Shown piece by piece: positions 28,001 through 39,335 of a stretch of 64,000 nt of DNA. The notes under the pieces are model-generated. The model was not told where the DNA came from. It ran no database searches and saw only the letters and a list, made by a program, of their open reading frames with translations. The position numbers and the translations under genes were made by a program. Location of the stretch: positions 248,001-312,000 of the forward strand of contig JAPDFW010000083.1 in NCBI GenBank assembly GCA_028826165.1, given 5' to 3'. Source of the DNA: Anaeramoeba ignava BMAN (taxonomy: Eukaryota > Protista > Anaeramoebae). The first letter of the stretch is position 1; the number at the start of each line of letters is the position of its first letter.

Positions 28001-28920
28001 AAATTGTGTTTAAATTTTTAGAGTTTATTGAGCACAATTCAAAGCATGAAGCCATTTTGCTTTTATCAAGCAAAATCAAACTGAGGTTGAACAACGAAAT
28101 TAAAGGAATAAACGTAAGTGAAGAAAGAAGCCCAGTTTTAGAAACAAAACAAGCACCAGAACCATTTATTCCGCGTAAAATAACACTTGATAGCGGGATA
28201 CAAGCTATTAAGCCAATTGAGGCAGCAAGACAAATTACAATTATTGAGATGAAAATGTTCCAAAAAATCCAAATCCATGAGTTATGTGGTCAAGCTTGGA
28301 GTTCAAAAGAAAGAGAAAAAAGGGCTCCAAATGTTGTTTCAATGATCCAAAAATTCAACGATTTTTCGTTTTGGATTTCTCATCAAATTATCAAGAATAA
28401 TTCTACAAAAACAAGAGCAAGTTATATTAAAACTTTTATTGAAATTGGAGCGGAATTTGAAAAATTGAATAATTTTAATTCATTGATGGAAATAATTGGA
28501 GCATTGCATAATGCATCCGTTTTCAGATTGAAAAAATCATGGGATAAATTATCACCAGAAGATAAAAAAACATTTGAAAAATTAACAGCAATAATGGGTT
28601 CACAAAATTCTTACAAAAATTTCCGCGAAGAAATTCAGAAGAGAGAGAAAGAGCCACTTATTCCATATATTGGTGTGTTTTTAACAGATCTTACTTTTAT
28701 TGAAGAAGGAAATCCTGATCAAATTAATGGGTTAATTAATTTTTCAAAACAAATTAAACTTTCTCGAGTTATTTCCAAAATTCAATCTTTTCAACAAAAA
28801 AGTTATAATCTTATTCCTGTTGAATCTTTACAAAATTACTTTATGAATGCTGTTTGTCCTCTTTCTGAACATCAACTTTATCAACTTTCTCTTGAAAATG
28901 AACCCAGAGAAAGTTATTAA
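25074..28920 (+). CDS. RasGEF (REM + CDC25 domain) with long N-terminal coiled coil, multi-exon
   Basis: REM VRYASFDMLIELL...FTFLM. CDC25 EAARQITIIE...FNDFSFW...LNNFNSLMEIIGAL...VFRLKKSW...PYIGVFLTDLTFIEEGNPD...INFSK. Upstream coiled-coil exons start at ATG 25074, with one apparent extra A near 25282. Confidence 0.9.
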
Positions 28921-29041
28921 ATAATGTATTCAAAAAAAAACAAAAAAAACAATTTTTGTTCTGTTCTTTTCTTTTCTTTTTTATAAATCAAAATACATTC
29001 TAAATTTGGATTAAAAAAAGTTTAAAAAAAAAAAATCGAAA

Positions 29042-31021
29042 TTATTTTTCTGAATCATCTTGATTTGAATTTTCTTCTTCAGGAACTATTGTTAATTTAA
29101 TAATTTTATCAAGTTTTTTTTCCGAAATTTTAATTTTTGAAATTTCTTGAAATAAATCATCTTCACTGATTGACTTGATTATTTTATTTTATTTTTTTTT
29201 TTTTTGAAGAAAGAAAAGATGAAAATTAATTTAAAACTTAAACAAAGAGAAATTATTATTTTTTTTTTACTTGAAATCCTGATAATAAGCATTTTACACA
29301 ATCATCAAAAATATGATTAAGAAGATTATTTTTTAATAAACGAATAATTGCAATTCCTGTTCTATATAAAAAGGGTTCACCAAAGAAAAAATAACAATCC
29401 CAAACTCTACTTGTAATATCTAAAGGAAGAACATTACTAAATATTGTCATAAACCTAAATAAATAAATAAATAAATAAATTTTAAAATAATTTAATAAAT
29501 AAATTAATAAATAATTTAATAAATAATTTAATAAATAAATTAATAAATAAATTAATAAATAAATAAATAATTTAATAAATAAATAATTTAATAAATAAAT
29601 AATTTAATAAATAATTTAATAAATAAATTAATAAATAATTTAATAAATAATTTAATAAATAAATAATTTAATAAATAAATAATTTAATAAATAAATTAAT
29701 AAATAAATTAATAAATAAATTAATAAATAAATTAATAAATAATTTAATAATTTAATAAATAAATTCTTTTCTTGTTTATACCAATCAATTAAAAATAATT
29801 CTGATGTTATTTCTAATGATCTTAAATGATTAAAAATCTCCTTTTCAAATTTCTGTAAAAATTTATCAAAAACAAGAATTCGTTGATTAATAAATCTCAT
29901 ATTAACATTATAAAAATTAATCATCAATTCAGAATTTAAAGTATTTGATAAAGCACAAAAAGCAGGAAAAGGATCCATATTTATAAGAAACATAGCAGCA
30001 AGATAAGACATTCCTTGAACCTATTTATTATTTATTATTTATTATTATTTATTATTTATTATTTATTATTTATTATTTATTATTTATTATTTATTATTTA
30101 TTTAATATTTAATATTTATTTATTATTTTTTATTATTATTTATTATTTATTATTTATTATTTATTATTTATTATTTAATATTTAATATTTATTTGTTATT
30201 ATTTATTATTATTTATTATTTATTATTTATTATTATTATTTATTATTTTTATTATTATTTAATTGAAAAAAAATAACGGAAAAGGTGAACAATTTAAAAA
30301 ATCTTACATATCCTAAATCAGGACGATAACGAGTATAAGCGCCAAGTAAATCGTGAAGAAAACCATAAATGGGACCATTTTCTTTAAATAATTTGAGACC
30401 TGGAAAGGTTCTAGGTAGATCTAAGGATATCAAAGTGATTGAATCTTCCTTCCCAAAAACAATTGATGTTTTGTCACCAATTCCTTGATCAAGTGAATTA
30501 TTTTTCTTATGATTTCCATTTGCTTTATGAGGTTTATTTTGGTTAGATGGACTTTCAATAGGTTGATTTGAATCCTGAAGTTTATTTGATTGTTTCCATT
30601 TATTAATTTCATTTTGATTTAAAATTTCCAATTTTTCTAAAGTTTGTTTTGCTTCTTTTTTGAGAGAGTTAAATAATTGTAAAGTGATATGGAGATTATT
30701 TGGAATTAAATTCTGCCAAATAGTACCACGAATTGAAGGAGGAATTCCTTGGAAACAAAGATTCTGTATTGATTTGTAGTTTCGAATATTTTCAGTTGAT
30801 TTTACAGTTGTCAAAACTTCAATCCATTTTGTTTTTAAATTTTTCATTTTTTTTTCTTTTTCATTTGCTTCTTTTTCTTTTTTAATTTTGATTTTTAAAT
30901 CTCTTTTGGCTCTATTTCTTGATTCTCTTTCAATTTTTTTTCTTTCTTTTTCATTAAGTGATCGAATTTTTTGAATAATTTCATTTTCTTCTTCTTGAGT
31001 TTTATTCATATTTAAATTCAT
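29042..31021 (-). CDS. TBC-domain Rab GTPase-activating protein (TBC1D12/14-like), 4 exons
   Basis: GIPPSIRGTIW, R-finger ISLDLPRTFP, Q-finger GY|VQGMSY across the 30021-30307 intron, and LPLDITSRVWD. Confidence 0.93.
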
Positions 31022-31140
31022 ATTTAATAATTAAAAATTAATAAAAGAAAAGAAAAGAAAAAAAAAATAGAAAAAAATTGGAAAAATGAAAAAAAAAAAA
31101 TAATTTAAAATAATTTTTTTAATTAATTTTCTTTTTTAAA

Positions 31141-31420
31141 AATTTAAATTAAAAAAAAAATTATGCATATACGGGGAATCGAACCTAAATCTTATTAATT
31201 TTAATAAATAAAATTTAAATTAAAAAAAAAATTATGCATAGACGGGGAATCGAACCTAAATCTTATTAATTTTAATAAATAAAAATTTAAATTAAAAAAA
31301 AAAATTATGCATAGACGGGGAATCGAACCTAAATCTAATTAATTTTAATAAATAAAATTTAAATTAAAAAAAAAATTATGCATAGACGGGGAATTGAACC
31401 TAAATCTAATTAATTTTAAT
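31141..31420 (-). pseudogene. Four tandem 71-73-bp units, each with a tRNA 3'-end fragment (Gly-like) plus oligo-T terminator
   Basis: The minus strand reads GGTTCGATTCCCCGTCTATGCA-taattttttttt, with cores at 31164-31185, 31235-31256, 31308-31329 and 31379-31400. This is T-loop/B-box, 3' acceptor strand and discriminator. No D-arm, anticodon arm or 5' acceptor strand is present. Confidence 0.8.
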
Positions 31421-31439
31421 TAAATTAAAAAATTTTTAA

Positions 31440-33448
31440 TTTAAAATTTTTAATTTTTATTTAAATAAATATTAAAATATTTTAATTAATTTTATATTAA
31501 TATTTTTAATAATTTTATTAAATAATTTATAAATATTTTTAATTAGAAATTTATTTTGAAAAAGAATATAAATATAATATAAATTATTTATTATTAATTT
31601 TATTATTAATATATTTATTAAATATTTTAATTAATTTTATATTAATATTTATAATAACTTTATTAAATAATTTATAAATATTTTTAATTAAAAATATATT
31701 TTGAAAAAAGAATATAAAAATTTTTAATTTTTATTATTTATTTTAAATATATTTATAAAATATTTTAATTAATTTTATATTAATATTTTTAATAACTTTA
31801 TTAAATAATTTATAAATATTTTTAATTAGAAATATATTTTAAAAAGAATATAAATGTAATTTAAATTTTTTTTTAATTTTTACCTTATTTAAATAAATAT
31901 TAAAATATTTTAATTAATTTTATATTAATATTTTTAATAATTTTATTAAATAATTTATAAATATTTTTAATTAGAAATTTATTTTTGAAAAAGAATATAA
32001 ATATAATATAAATTATTTATTATTAATTTTATTATTATTATACTTATAAAATATTTTAATTAATTTTATATTAATATTTTTAATAACTTTATTAAATAGT
32101 TTATAAATATTTTTAATTAGAAATATATTTTGAAAAAGAATATAAATATAATATAAATTATTTATTATTAATTTTATTATTAATATATTTATAAAATATT
32201 TTAATTAATTTTATATTAATATTTTTAATAATTTTATTAAATAGTTTATAAATATATTTAATTAAAAATATATTTTAAAAAGAATATAAATATAATATAA
32301 ATTATTTATTATTAATTTTATTATTAATATATTTATAAAATATTTTAATTAATTTTATATTAATATTTTTAATAACTTTATTAAATAATTTATTAATATA
32401 TTTAATTAAAAATATATTTTAAAAAGAATATAAATATAATTTTAATTATTTATTATTAATTTTATTATTAATATATTTATAAAATATTTTAATTAATTTT
32501 ATATTAATATTTTTAATAACTTTATTAAATAATTTATAAATATTTTTAATTAGAAATATATTTTAAAAAGAATATAAATATAATATTAATTGTTTATTAT
32601 TAATTTTATTATTAATATATTTATAAAATATTTTAATTAATTTTATATTAATATTTTTAATAACTTTATTAAATAATTTATTAATATTTTAATTAAAAAT
32701 ATATTTTAAAAAGAATATAAATATAATATTAATTATTTATTATTAATTTTATTATTAATATATTTATTAAAATATTTTAATTAATTTTATATTAATATTT
32801 TTAATAACTTTATTAAATAATTTATAAATATTTTTAATTAGAAATATATTTTAAAAAGAATATAAATATAATATTAATTGTTTATTATTAATTTTTATTA
32901 TTAATTTATTTATAAAATATTTTAATTAATTTTATATTAATATTTTTAATAACTTTATTAAATAATTTATAAATATTTTAATTAAAAATATATTTCAAAA
33001 AGAATATAAATGTAATATTAATTGTTTATTATTAATTTTATTATTAATTTACTTATAAAATATTTTAATTAATTTTATATTAATATTTTATAATAATTTT
33101 ATTAAATAGTTTATTAATATTTTTAATTAGAAATATATTTTGAAAAAGAATATAAATATAATATTAATTATTTATTATTAATTTTATTATTAATATATTT
33201 ATTAAATATTTTAATTAATTTTATATTAATATTTATAATAACTTTATTAAATAATTTATAAATATTTTTAATTAAAAATATATTTTGAAAAAGAATATAA
33301 ATATAATATAAATTATTTATTATTAATTTTATTATTAATATATTTATAAAATATTTTAATTAATTTTATATTAATATTTTTAATAACTTTATTAAATAAT
33401 TTATAAATATTTTTAATTGAAAATATATTTCAAAAAAGAATATAAATG
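31440..33448. repeat. ~145-bp satellite, ~14 copies, ~97-98% AT
   Basis: The G of the anchor aaaagaatataaa falls at 31565, 31710, 31846, 31993, 32138, 32282, 32426, 32570, 32713, 32858, 33002, 33148, 33293 and 33438. Spacing is 143-147 bp, with one of 136. Confidence 0.95.
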
Positions 33449-33554
33449 GAATTTGTTTTTTTTTATTCACATTCCAAATTTTTATTCAAATTTTTTTAAT
33501 CATTTTTTTTTTTGCTTTTTTTTTTTTTTTTTATTTAGCAAATATTTAGGGAAA

Positions 33555-34160
33555 ATGAACCAAAATTTACAACAATTTGTAAATGAAATTCAGAAAAGAA
33601 CTCCACTTGATAAATTATCACAATTAGCAACAACACTTCAAACAACATCGTCACAAAAAGAAAATGAAGCAATACAATTTCTTTTATCAAATTTACAATC
33701 AATAAATTATCCAGAAACAGAACTAAATTTCAATATAATTGGACAAGCATATCAAATAGCACAAAATCAAAATCAAAATCAATACAGTATGGATAATGGA
33801 ATGTTACCAAGTTATAATTCACCAATTTATGAAGAACAAAATTTTAATTCAAATCCAAATTATAATTTTAATCCAGATCCAAATCCAAATTTTAATTTTG
33901 AACAAACAAATTTTCAAGAACCTCCTTTAAAATCTCCAGTTGTAAATTCAGTTATAGTTGATAATAATCAAAATACAAATTCATTACATGTTGTCAAGAA
34001 AAATCCAGTTACTCTTACAAATCCTAAAGATTATCTTGATTATTTAGATAATACTCATGAAGCTCAAAGAAAGCAAAAAATGATAGTCAGAATTGTTCTT
34101 GGAATTGTTGCTTTCATTTTCATTTTTACAATAATGATGGCACTTATTTTTGAGGCTTAA
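33555..34160 (+). CDS. Tail-anchored membrane protein of unknown function, paralogue 1
   Basis: True start MNQNLQQFVNEIQKR at 33555, matching paralogue 2. N/Q/P-rich middle and a single C-terminal TM (IVLGIVAFIFIFTIMMALIF). Confidence 0.8.
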   Translation: MNQNLQQFVNEIQKRTPLDKLSQLATTLQTTSSQKENEAIQFLLSNLQSINYPETELNFNIIGQAYQIAQNQNQNQYSMDNGMLPSYNSPIYEEQNFNSNPNYNFNPDPNPNFNFEQTNFQEPPLKSPVVNSVIVDNNQNTNSLHVVKKNPVTLTNPKDYLDYLDNTHEAQRKQKMIVRIVLGIVAFIFIFTIMMALIFEA

Positions 34161-34314
34161 TTTTTTAATTTAAAACAACGTTTCAAAAAATTTTTTTTTA
34201 ATTTTAATTTTAATTTTAATTTTCAAAATTAAAAATTCATTTTTTATCTTTTTTTAATCATTTTTTTTTTTGCTTTTTATTGTTTTTTTTTTATTTAGCA
34301 AATATTGATTAAAA

Positions 34315-35082
34315 ATGAACCAAAATTTACAACAATTTGTAAATGAAATTCAGAAAAGAGTTCCACTTGATAAATTATCACAATTAGCAACAACACTTCA
34401 AACAACATCATCACCAAAAGAAAATGAAGCAATACAATTTCTTTTATCAAATTTACAATCAATAAATTATCCAGAAACAGAAATCAACAACAGTATAATT
34501 GAACAAGCATATCAAATCGTACAAAATCAAAATCAAAATCAAAATCAAAATCAAAATCAAAATCAATACAGTATGGATAATGGAATGTTACCAAGTTATA
34601 ATCCACCAATTTATGAAGAACAAAATTTTAATTCAAATCCAAATTATAATTTTAATCCAAATCCAAATTATAATTTTAATCCAGATCCAAATCCAAATCC
34701 AAATCAATTTCAATTTGCAAATCCAAATCAATTTGCAAATCAAAATCCAAACTTTAATTTTGATCCAAATCCAAATCAATTCGCAAATCAAAACCCAAAT
34801 CAATTTCAATTTGCAAATCAAACTCCAAATTATGATTCAGGTTTGAATTATTCTCAAGATCCTCAAGATAAATTTTCTGTTGGTTTTGTTAATCAAGAAA
34901 ATAAAAGTCAAGTTACAAGACTTCCTGATTCTGTTTTTGATGAAGATCGTCGACGTTTACAAGATGAAATTAGAAGGAGACAAATAAGAGCTTGTGTTAT
35001 TGTTTTTATTATTATTGGAGTTTTTATTACAATTTTATCAGTTACTCTTTCAACTGTTACTCGTTCTTCTTCAAGTAGTTAA
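34315..35082 (+). CDS. Tail-anchored membrane protein of unknown function, paralogue 2
   Basis: N-terminal ~110 aa nearly identical to paralogue 1. NPN/NQFAN repeats and a C-terminal TM (CVIVFIIIGVFITILSVTL). Confidence 0.82.
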   Translation: MNQNLQQFVNEIQKRVPLDKLSQLATTLQTTSSPKENEAIQFLLSNLQSINYPETEINNSIIEQAYQIVQNQNQNQNQNQNQNQYSMDNGMLPSYNPPIYEEQNFNSNPNYNFNPNPNYNFNPDPNPNPNQFQFANPNQFANQNPNFNFDPNPNQFANQNPNQFQFANQTPNYDSGLNYSQDPQDKFSVGFVNQENKSQVTRLPDSVFDEDRRRLQDEIRRRQIRACVIVFIIIGVFITILSVTLSTVTRSSSSS

Positions 35083-35290
35083 ATTTAAGATTAAGATTTA
35101 AAAAAACAAAAGGAAAATATTTTGATTGATTTTGATTTATTTTTGGTTTTTTTCCTTTTCAAAAAAAGTTTCAAAAGAATTTTTAATTTTCGATTTTGAT
35201 TTTAATTTCGATTTTTAATTTTGATTTTGATTTTAATTTTGATTTGGATTTTAATTTTGATTTTGATTTTAAATTTGATTTTGATTTGGA

Positions 35291-38200
35291 TTAACGTGAA
35301 AAAACTTCTTCAGTCCAAGTATGATAATCATAACCATCTTCAACTTTAGGAGCAGTAGATAAGATATAATTGATATCATGATCATCCATTACCAATTCCA
35401 TAAGATCTTTCTTAGCAACTTTGAAACCACGATTAATTAAAATAAAGGAATTAATAATTTCATCTTTAGTATCAGTATCACCAAACAAAACAATCATGAA
35501 ATCCTTAAATCTCTCATAAGAAATATCCTTTCCATCACCATATTCCTCCATGATTTTAGTGATCTCTTTGGGGGTTCTCTCCTCTCCAAGAGAATATAAA
35601 CAAGCAGTAAGCTCTTTTCTATCAATAGTACCTGAATTATCGAAATCAAATTGTTTGAAGTTTTCTTCGATTTCTTCCATCTGTTCCGCAGTGATGCCGC
35701 GGAGTTTCTGGTTCTCGATTTCCTCCTCAAGCATTTTCTTCTTGCGTTTGAGGAAGTTTTCGTATTGTTCAAATTGAACAAGAACATCTTTTAAAGTAAG
35801 TGTTGTATGACGGTTATTTTGGATTCCTGCTTTGTCCATCTTTTCCTGGATATCCTGGAGCGGCTTGATCTTTGTGCGTTCTGAAGAGAGACCTGAGATG
35901 GATTTGTCAACGAAGGCGAGCTGGTTTTCAAGAGACTCTTTTGAGATTGTAATTTTGTCTTTTTGCTCGGAAATCCATTTTGAAAACGGATCAGCTAATT
36001 CGGCGAATTTTCTGCAGAGCGCATCATTATCTCGTTGTCTTTTAAGCTCTGCTTCATAGGCTTGCTTGCGGTTTTGAAGAGCGGATTTAAGTGAGGACAT
36101 TGAGCTTGAGACGTCATCCAATGTGAGTTGTGTGTATGGATTTTCTGTGACTTCGAGTTCGTCCATTTGCTCTTTGAGCGAGGAGCAATTTTGTTCGAGT
36201 TCATTTGCTTGGCTGAGCACGGCTTTGTCGGAATTGGTGATGTAGCTGGAATATGCCTCCACCTCTTCGAGAGTGAATCCGAAGTCTCGGAGACTGGCGT
36301 TCTCGATCTCGAGTTTGATAAAGGCGACGATCTCAGCGCTTGTGTTTGCGAAATCGAGACGAAGTTGCTCCTTTTTGGTTTCGCGAACAAGACATTCATC
36401 AAGATATTTTTTCTTTTTGCTTGCAAGATTGGCGAGCTCGCTGAATTTGGAGTCGATTTCTGTGTGGCGAGCCTCAATTGCAGAGCGCGAGTCTTTTCCG
36501 AATGATTTGTTTTGATATTTGGTTTCGTCGAAGATGTATTGCGAGAGCTCCGTACTGTATTTCTGGGCTATGATTTTGGCGCCGAACTGCTTGAACTCTG
36601 CGACGCGAGTTTGCACCATTGCATTATATTGGGTGTTGTATGACTCAAGGATATTCAGGTAGGTTTTTGCTTCTGAGACGGAGTTGATTGGTTCGAGTTT
36701 TTCGACAGTCGGTTTCTTAGAAGAGAACCACTCGGAGATTTTCTTGTGCTTATCGAGATGCTCCTCGTTCATTTGTCGCACGTTGAGGATGAAATTCTCG
36801 CGTTTGAGATGATCTTCAAGAATTGCCTTCTTGGTTTTTGCCAGTTCAGATAATTTTTCGAAATTTGAGTTCATCAAATCAATTCTTGATTGAATTTCCT
36901 CGAGCTTGTTGTCGTTGAATGTTTTTCCTTGGTATTGTGTCTCATCACAAACATATTCGGAGTGCTCGGTCTTGTAGTGTTGTGCAAGGAGATCTTTTCC
37001 AAGAGTAACGAATTCGGCAAGCTGTCCGTTGGTGTATTTGTTAAACTCATTCGAATACGATCCAAAAAATTCAAGTTGTCTTCGTGCTTCGACGACTGAG
37101 TTGATTGTTTCCATGGTGTTGAGGTACTGCTCTTTGGATTCGACCCATTGGCTCAGATGGGCAAGTCTGTCGAGATGCTCTGCATTCATTTGTCTGGCCT
37201 TCTCGATGAATTCCTCGCGTTTCAGATGATCGTCGAGGATGATTTTCTTTGTTTTTTCGAGATTTTCAAGTTCGCGGAGGAATTTTTGGATTTCCTGGTT
37301 GCGCTGGAGGATCTTGTCCAATTGGTTTGCACCGAATGTTTTTCCCTGGTACTTTGTCTCGTTGAATACGTATCCGGAAAACTTTGTCTCGTATTTCTGC
37401 GCGGCGGTGTCCTTGCCAAGTTTCATGAACTCATCAACAAGTGTGTCGCAAGTGCTTTTGAATTCGTTAACATAAAGTTCGAGGATCCTGAGGTTCTTTG
37501 AGGCGTCAGGAACGCTGTTGATTTCCTCGCGCGTCTCGAGATAGCGTTTCTTGTCGAGATACCATTTGTGGATTTGGTCGTATTTGTCTTTGTGCTCATC
37601 GTTCATTTGTCTGACTTTCTCGATGAATTCCTCGCGTTTCAAATGATCATCAAGAATAGGGCGTTTGATTTTTGCCAGTTCATCAAGTTTCTTGAATTTT
37701 TCATCAATGATTTTGTCATTTTTTTGGATTTCGGTTGAGTTTTCGTATTTTTCTCTGACAAGCTCTTCAGAAAGTTTTCTTAGATTTGCCACTCCAGTAT
37801 TAATAACGGTTTCATTTTCCTTTTCGAAACGGTCGAGAAGTCTGAGATGGAGATTAGCAGCTGAAACGGAGGATATTTCCTCTCTGAATTCAAGATACTT
37901 TTGCTTATCTGCAGAATACTCGATGAGTTTGTCAAAACGGGATCTGTGCTGAATAGCAAGATTTGCGAGCTTGAGTTGGCGATTCAATTCCGCATGAAGA
38001 GCGACTTTTCGTTCCTGTTCGCACTCCTCCAAATGCAGCATGTCCTTCTCGATATCCCGCAAAGAGCATCCGATTTCGGGTTTGAATTCGGGCCGTTTGT
38101 GATGCGCAAGTCGCATTGCCAGGTTGTTGAAATTGGACTCAAGATCCAGTTGGTTCGCAATCAATGTGTTTTTATCATTTGCTTTGTATTCGTAAAACTG

Positions 38201-39112
38201 TTCCAAACGATGCTTAGCACCCGCCATTGTGTTATCGATTGTTCTGTCTTCGAGGATTTTCTCAACTTTCTTAACGGTTTCTTTGAAGTTTTTTGCTGTC
38301 TTATTGTATTCAGCCTTGAGCCTGTCGTTTTCCTTTGTCATCACAATTAATTTCTTAATTCTTCTAGCTGCCAAATCAAGTTTTCTTTGTTCCGCAATTC
38401 CGTAGTAATATTCACTGACATAAACAACCATTGAGTTCTCATCAAGTTTTCTAATCTCATCAGGCGTGATGTATTTTTCCAGGCCAAAGTACTTCTCGGC
38501 TGCGTCTTGAGCAATCTGTAGGGTTTTGATAGGATCACCCGAATTCAAACTGTCGAAATCAATTAATTTTGGACGATGTTTGTGGATAATTGCGCACAAA
38601 GCTAATCCGTCCGCAAAACTCTTCTTGAAGTCAGTGATTTCGACTCCCTTGTAATTGTGGGTCTTGTTTTTGCACCACATCAATAACGCATCTTTTGCAT
38701 TCAATGAATCACCTCCACTTTCATCATCGATTTTCATAAATTTCATCATGATTCCCCAAGTCAAAGCTAATGCTGCCTTTTGATCGCCTTTTTCTAATTG
38801 TTCTGCTGATGGTTTCACTTTCATATCAACTCCTTTACTCCATGCAAATTTCAATGCGTTGTTTAAATTGTCAATTCGATGGACTGACATTTTTGGTCTT
38901 TGATTGTATTTTCCTTCAAATTTCGATTCGCTTAAAACTTCAATTAAACTCAATAAAACAATCCCATCTTTGTAATCATCTACTATATCATTTACTTGGA
39001 TTTCTGGTCTTGTTCTTAATAATTTTTGTTTAACCCATCTTGAGAAAATTTTTCTTTGTAATCTAACCCATTCTTGACTTTTTGGTCCAGTAGTTCTTCC
39101 AGTTCTTGACAT
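35291..39112 (-). CDS. Alpha-actinin-like actin cross-linker with extended rod (2 CH + ~7 spectrin-like repeats + EF hands)
   Basis: CH1 QRKIFSRWV...DGIVLLSLIEVLS; CH2 AKDALLMWC...SFADGLALCAIIH; EF hand FDFDNSGTIDRKEL. Intronless, 1273 aa. Confidence 0.93.
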   Translation of the reverse strand: MSRTGRTTGPKSQEWVRLQRKIFSRWVKQKLLRTRPEIQVNDIVDDYKDGIVLLSLIEVLSESKFEGKYNQRPKMSVHRIDNLNNALKFAWSKGVDMKVKPSAEQLEKGDQKAALALTWGIMMKFMKIDDESGGDSLNAKDALLMWCKNKTHNYKGVEITDFKKSFADGLALCAIIHKHRPKLIDFDSLNSGDPIKTLQIAQDAAEKYFGLEKYITPDEIRKLDENSMVVYVSEYYYGIAEQRKLDLAARRIKKLIVMTKENDRLKAEYNKTAKNFKETVKKVEKILEDRTIDNTMAGAKHRLEQFYEYKANDKNTLIANQLDLESNFNNLAMRLAHHKRPEFKPEIGCSLRDIEKDMLHLEECEQERKVALHAELNRQLKLANLAIQHRSRFDKLIEYSADKQKYLEFREEISSVSAANLHLRLLDRFEKENETVINTGVANLRKLSEELVREKYENSTEIQKNDKIIDEKFKKLDELAKIKRPILDDHLKREEFIEKVRQMNDEHKDKYDQIHKWYLDKKRYLETREEINSVPDASKNLRILELYVNEFKSTCDTLVDEFMKLGKDTAAQKYETKFSGYVFNETKYQGKTFGANQLDKILQRNQEIQKFLRELENLEKTKKIILDDHLKREEFIEKARQMNAEHLDRLAHLSQWVESKEQYLNTMETINSVVEARRQLEFFGSYSNEFNKYTNGQLAEFVTLGKDLLAQHYKTEHSEYVCDETQYQGKTFNDNKLEEIQSRIDLMNSNFEKLSELAKTKKAILEDHLKRENFILNVRQMNEEHLDKHKKISEWFSSKKPTVEKLEPINSVSEAKTYLNILESYNTQYNAMVQTRVAEFKQFGAKIIAQKYSTELSQYIFDETKYQNKSFGKDSRSAIEARHTEIDSKFSELANLASKKKKYLDECLVRETKKEQLRLDFANTSAEIVAFIKLEIENASLRDFGFTLEEVEAYSSYITNSDKAVLSQANELEQNCSSLKEQMDELEVTENPYTQLTLDDVSSSMSSLKSALQNRKQAYEAELKRQRDNDALCRKFAELADPFSKWISEQKDKITISKESLENQLAFVDKSISGLSSERTKIKPLQDIQEKMDKAGIQNNRHTTLTLKDVLVQFEQYENFLKRKKKMLEEEIENQKLRGITAEQMEEIEENFKQFDFDNSGTIDRKELTACLYSLGEERTPKEITKIMEEYGDGKDISYERFKDFMIVLFGDTDTKDEIINSFILINRGFKVAKKDLMELVMDDHDINYILSTAPKVEDGYDYHTWTEEVFSR

Positions 39113-39335
39113 TATTAAATTAAATTAAAATTTAAAATTAAATTTTTAAATTGGAAAAAAATGAAAAAAATTTATTTTAAAAAAAAAAAAAGCAAAAATT
39201 TTTGCCTTCTTTTTAAATTTTATTTACAAAATAATTAGTAAAATTAAAATAAAAATTAATCAGTTTTTTTTAAATTACATTTTCTTTTTATTATTTTTTC
39301 TTTTCTTTTTTTTAAAAAAAATAAAATAATTCTTT

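Noticed and set aside
31141-31420. Functional tRNA genes or a CRISPR-like array
   Set aside because: No cloverleaf can form (5' half absent, T-stem mostly unpaired). The intervening sequences are identical rather than unique spacers, no cas genes are present, and the context is eukaryotic.
33417-33554. N-terminal extension of ORF 33417-34160
   Set aside because: It starts at a non-ATG codon inside the satellite. The paralogue and the upstream TCATTTT motif place the start at 33555.
35494-39033. Many overlapping antisense or alternate-frame ORFs within the actinin gene (and in BEACH and CPSF2)
   Set aside because: Expected shadows of GC-richer coding sequence, with no recognisable motifs.
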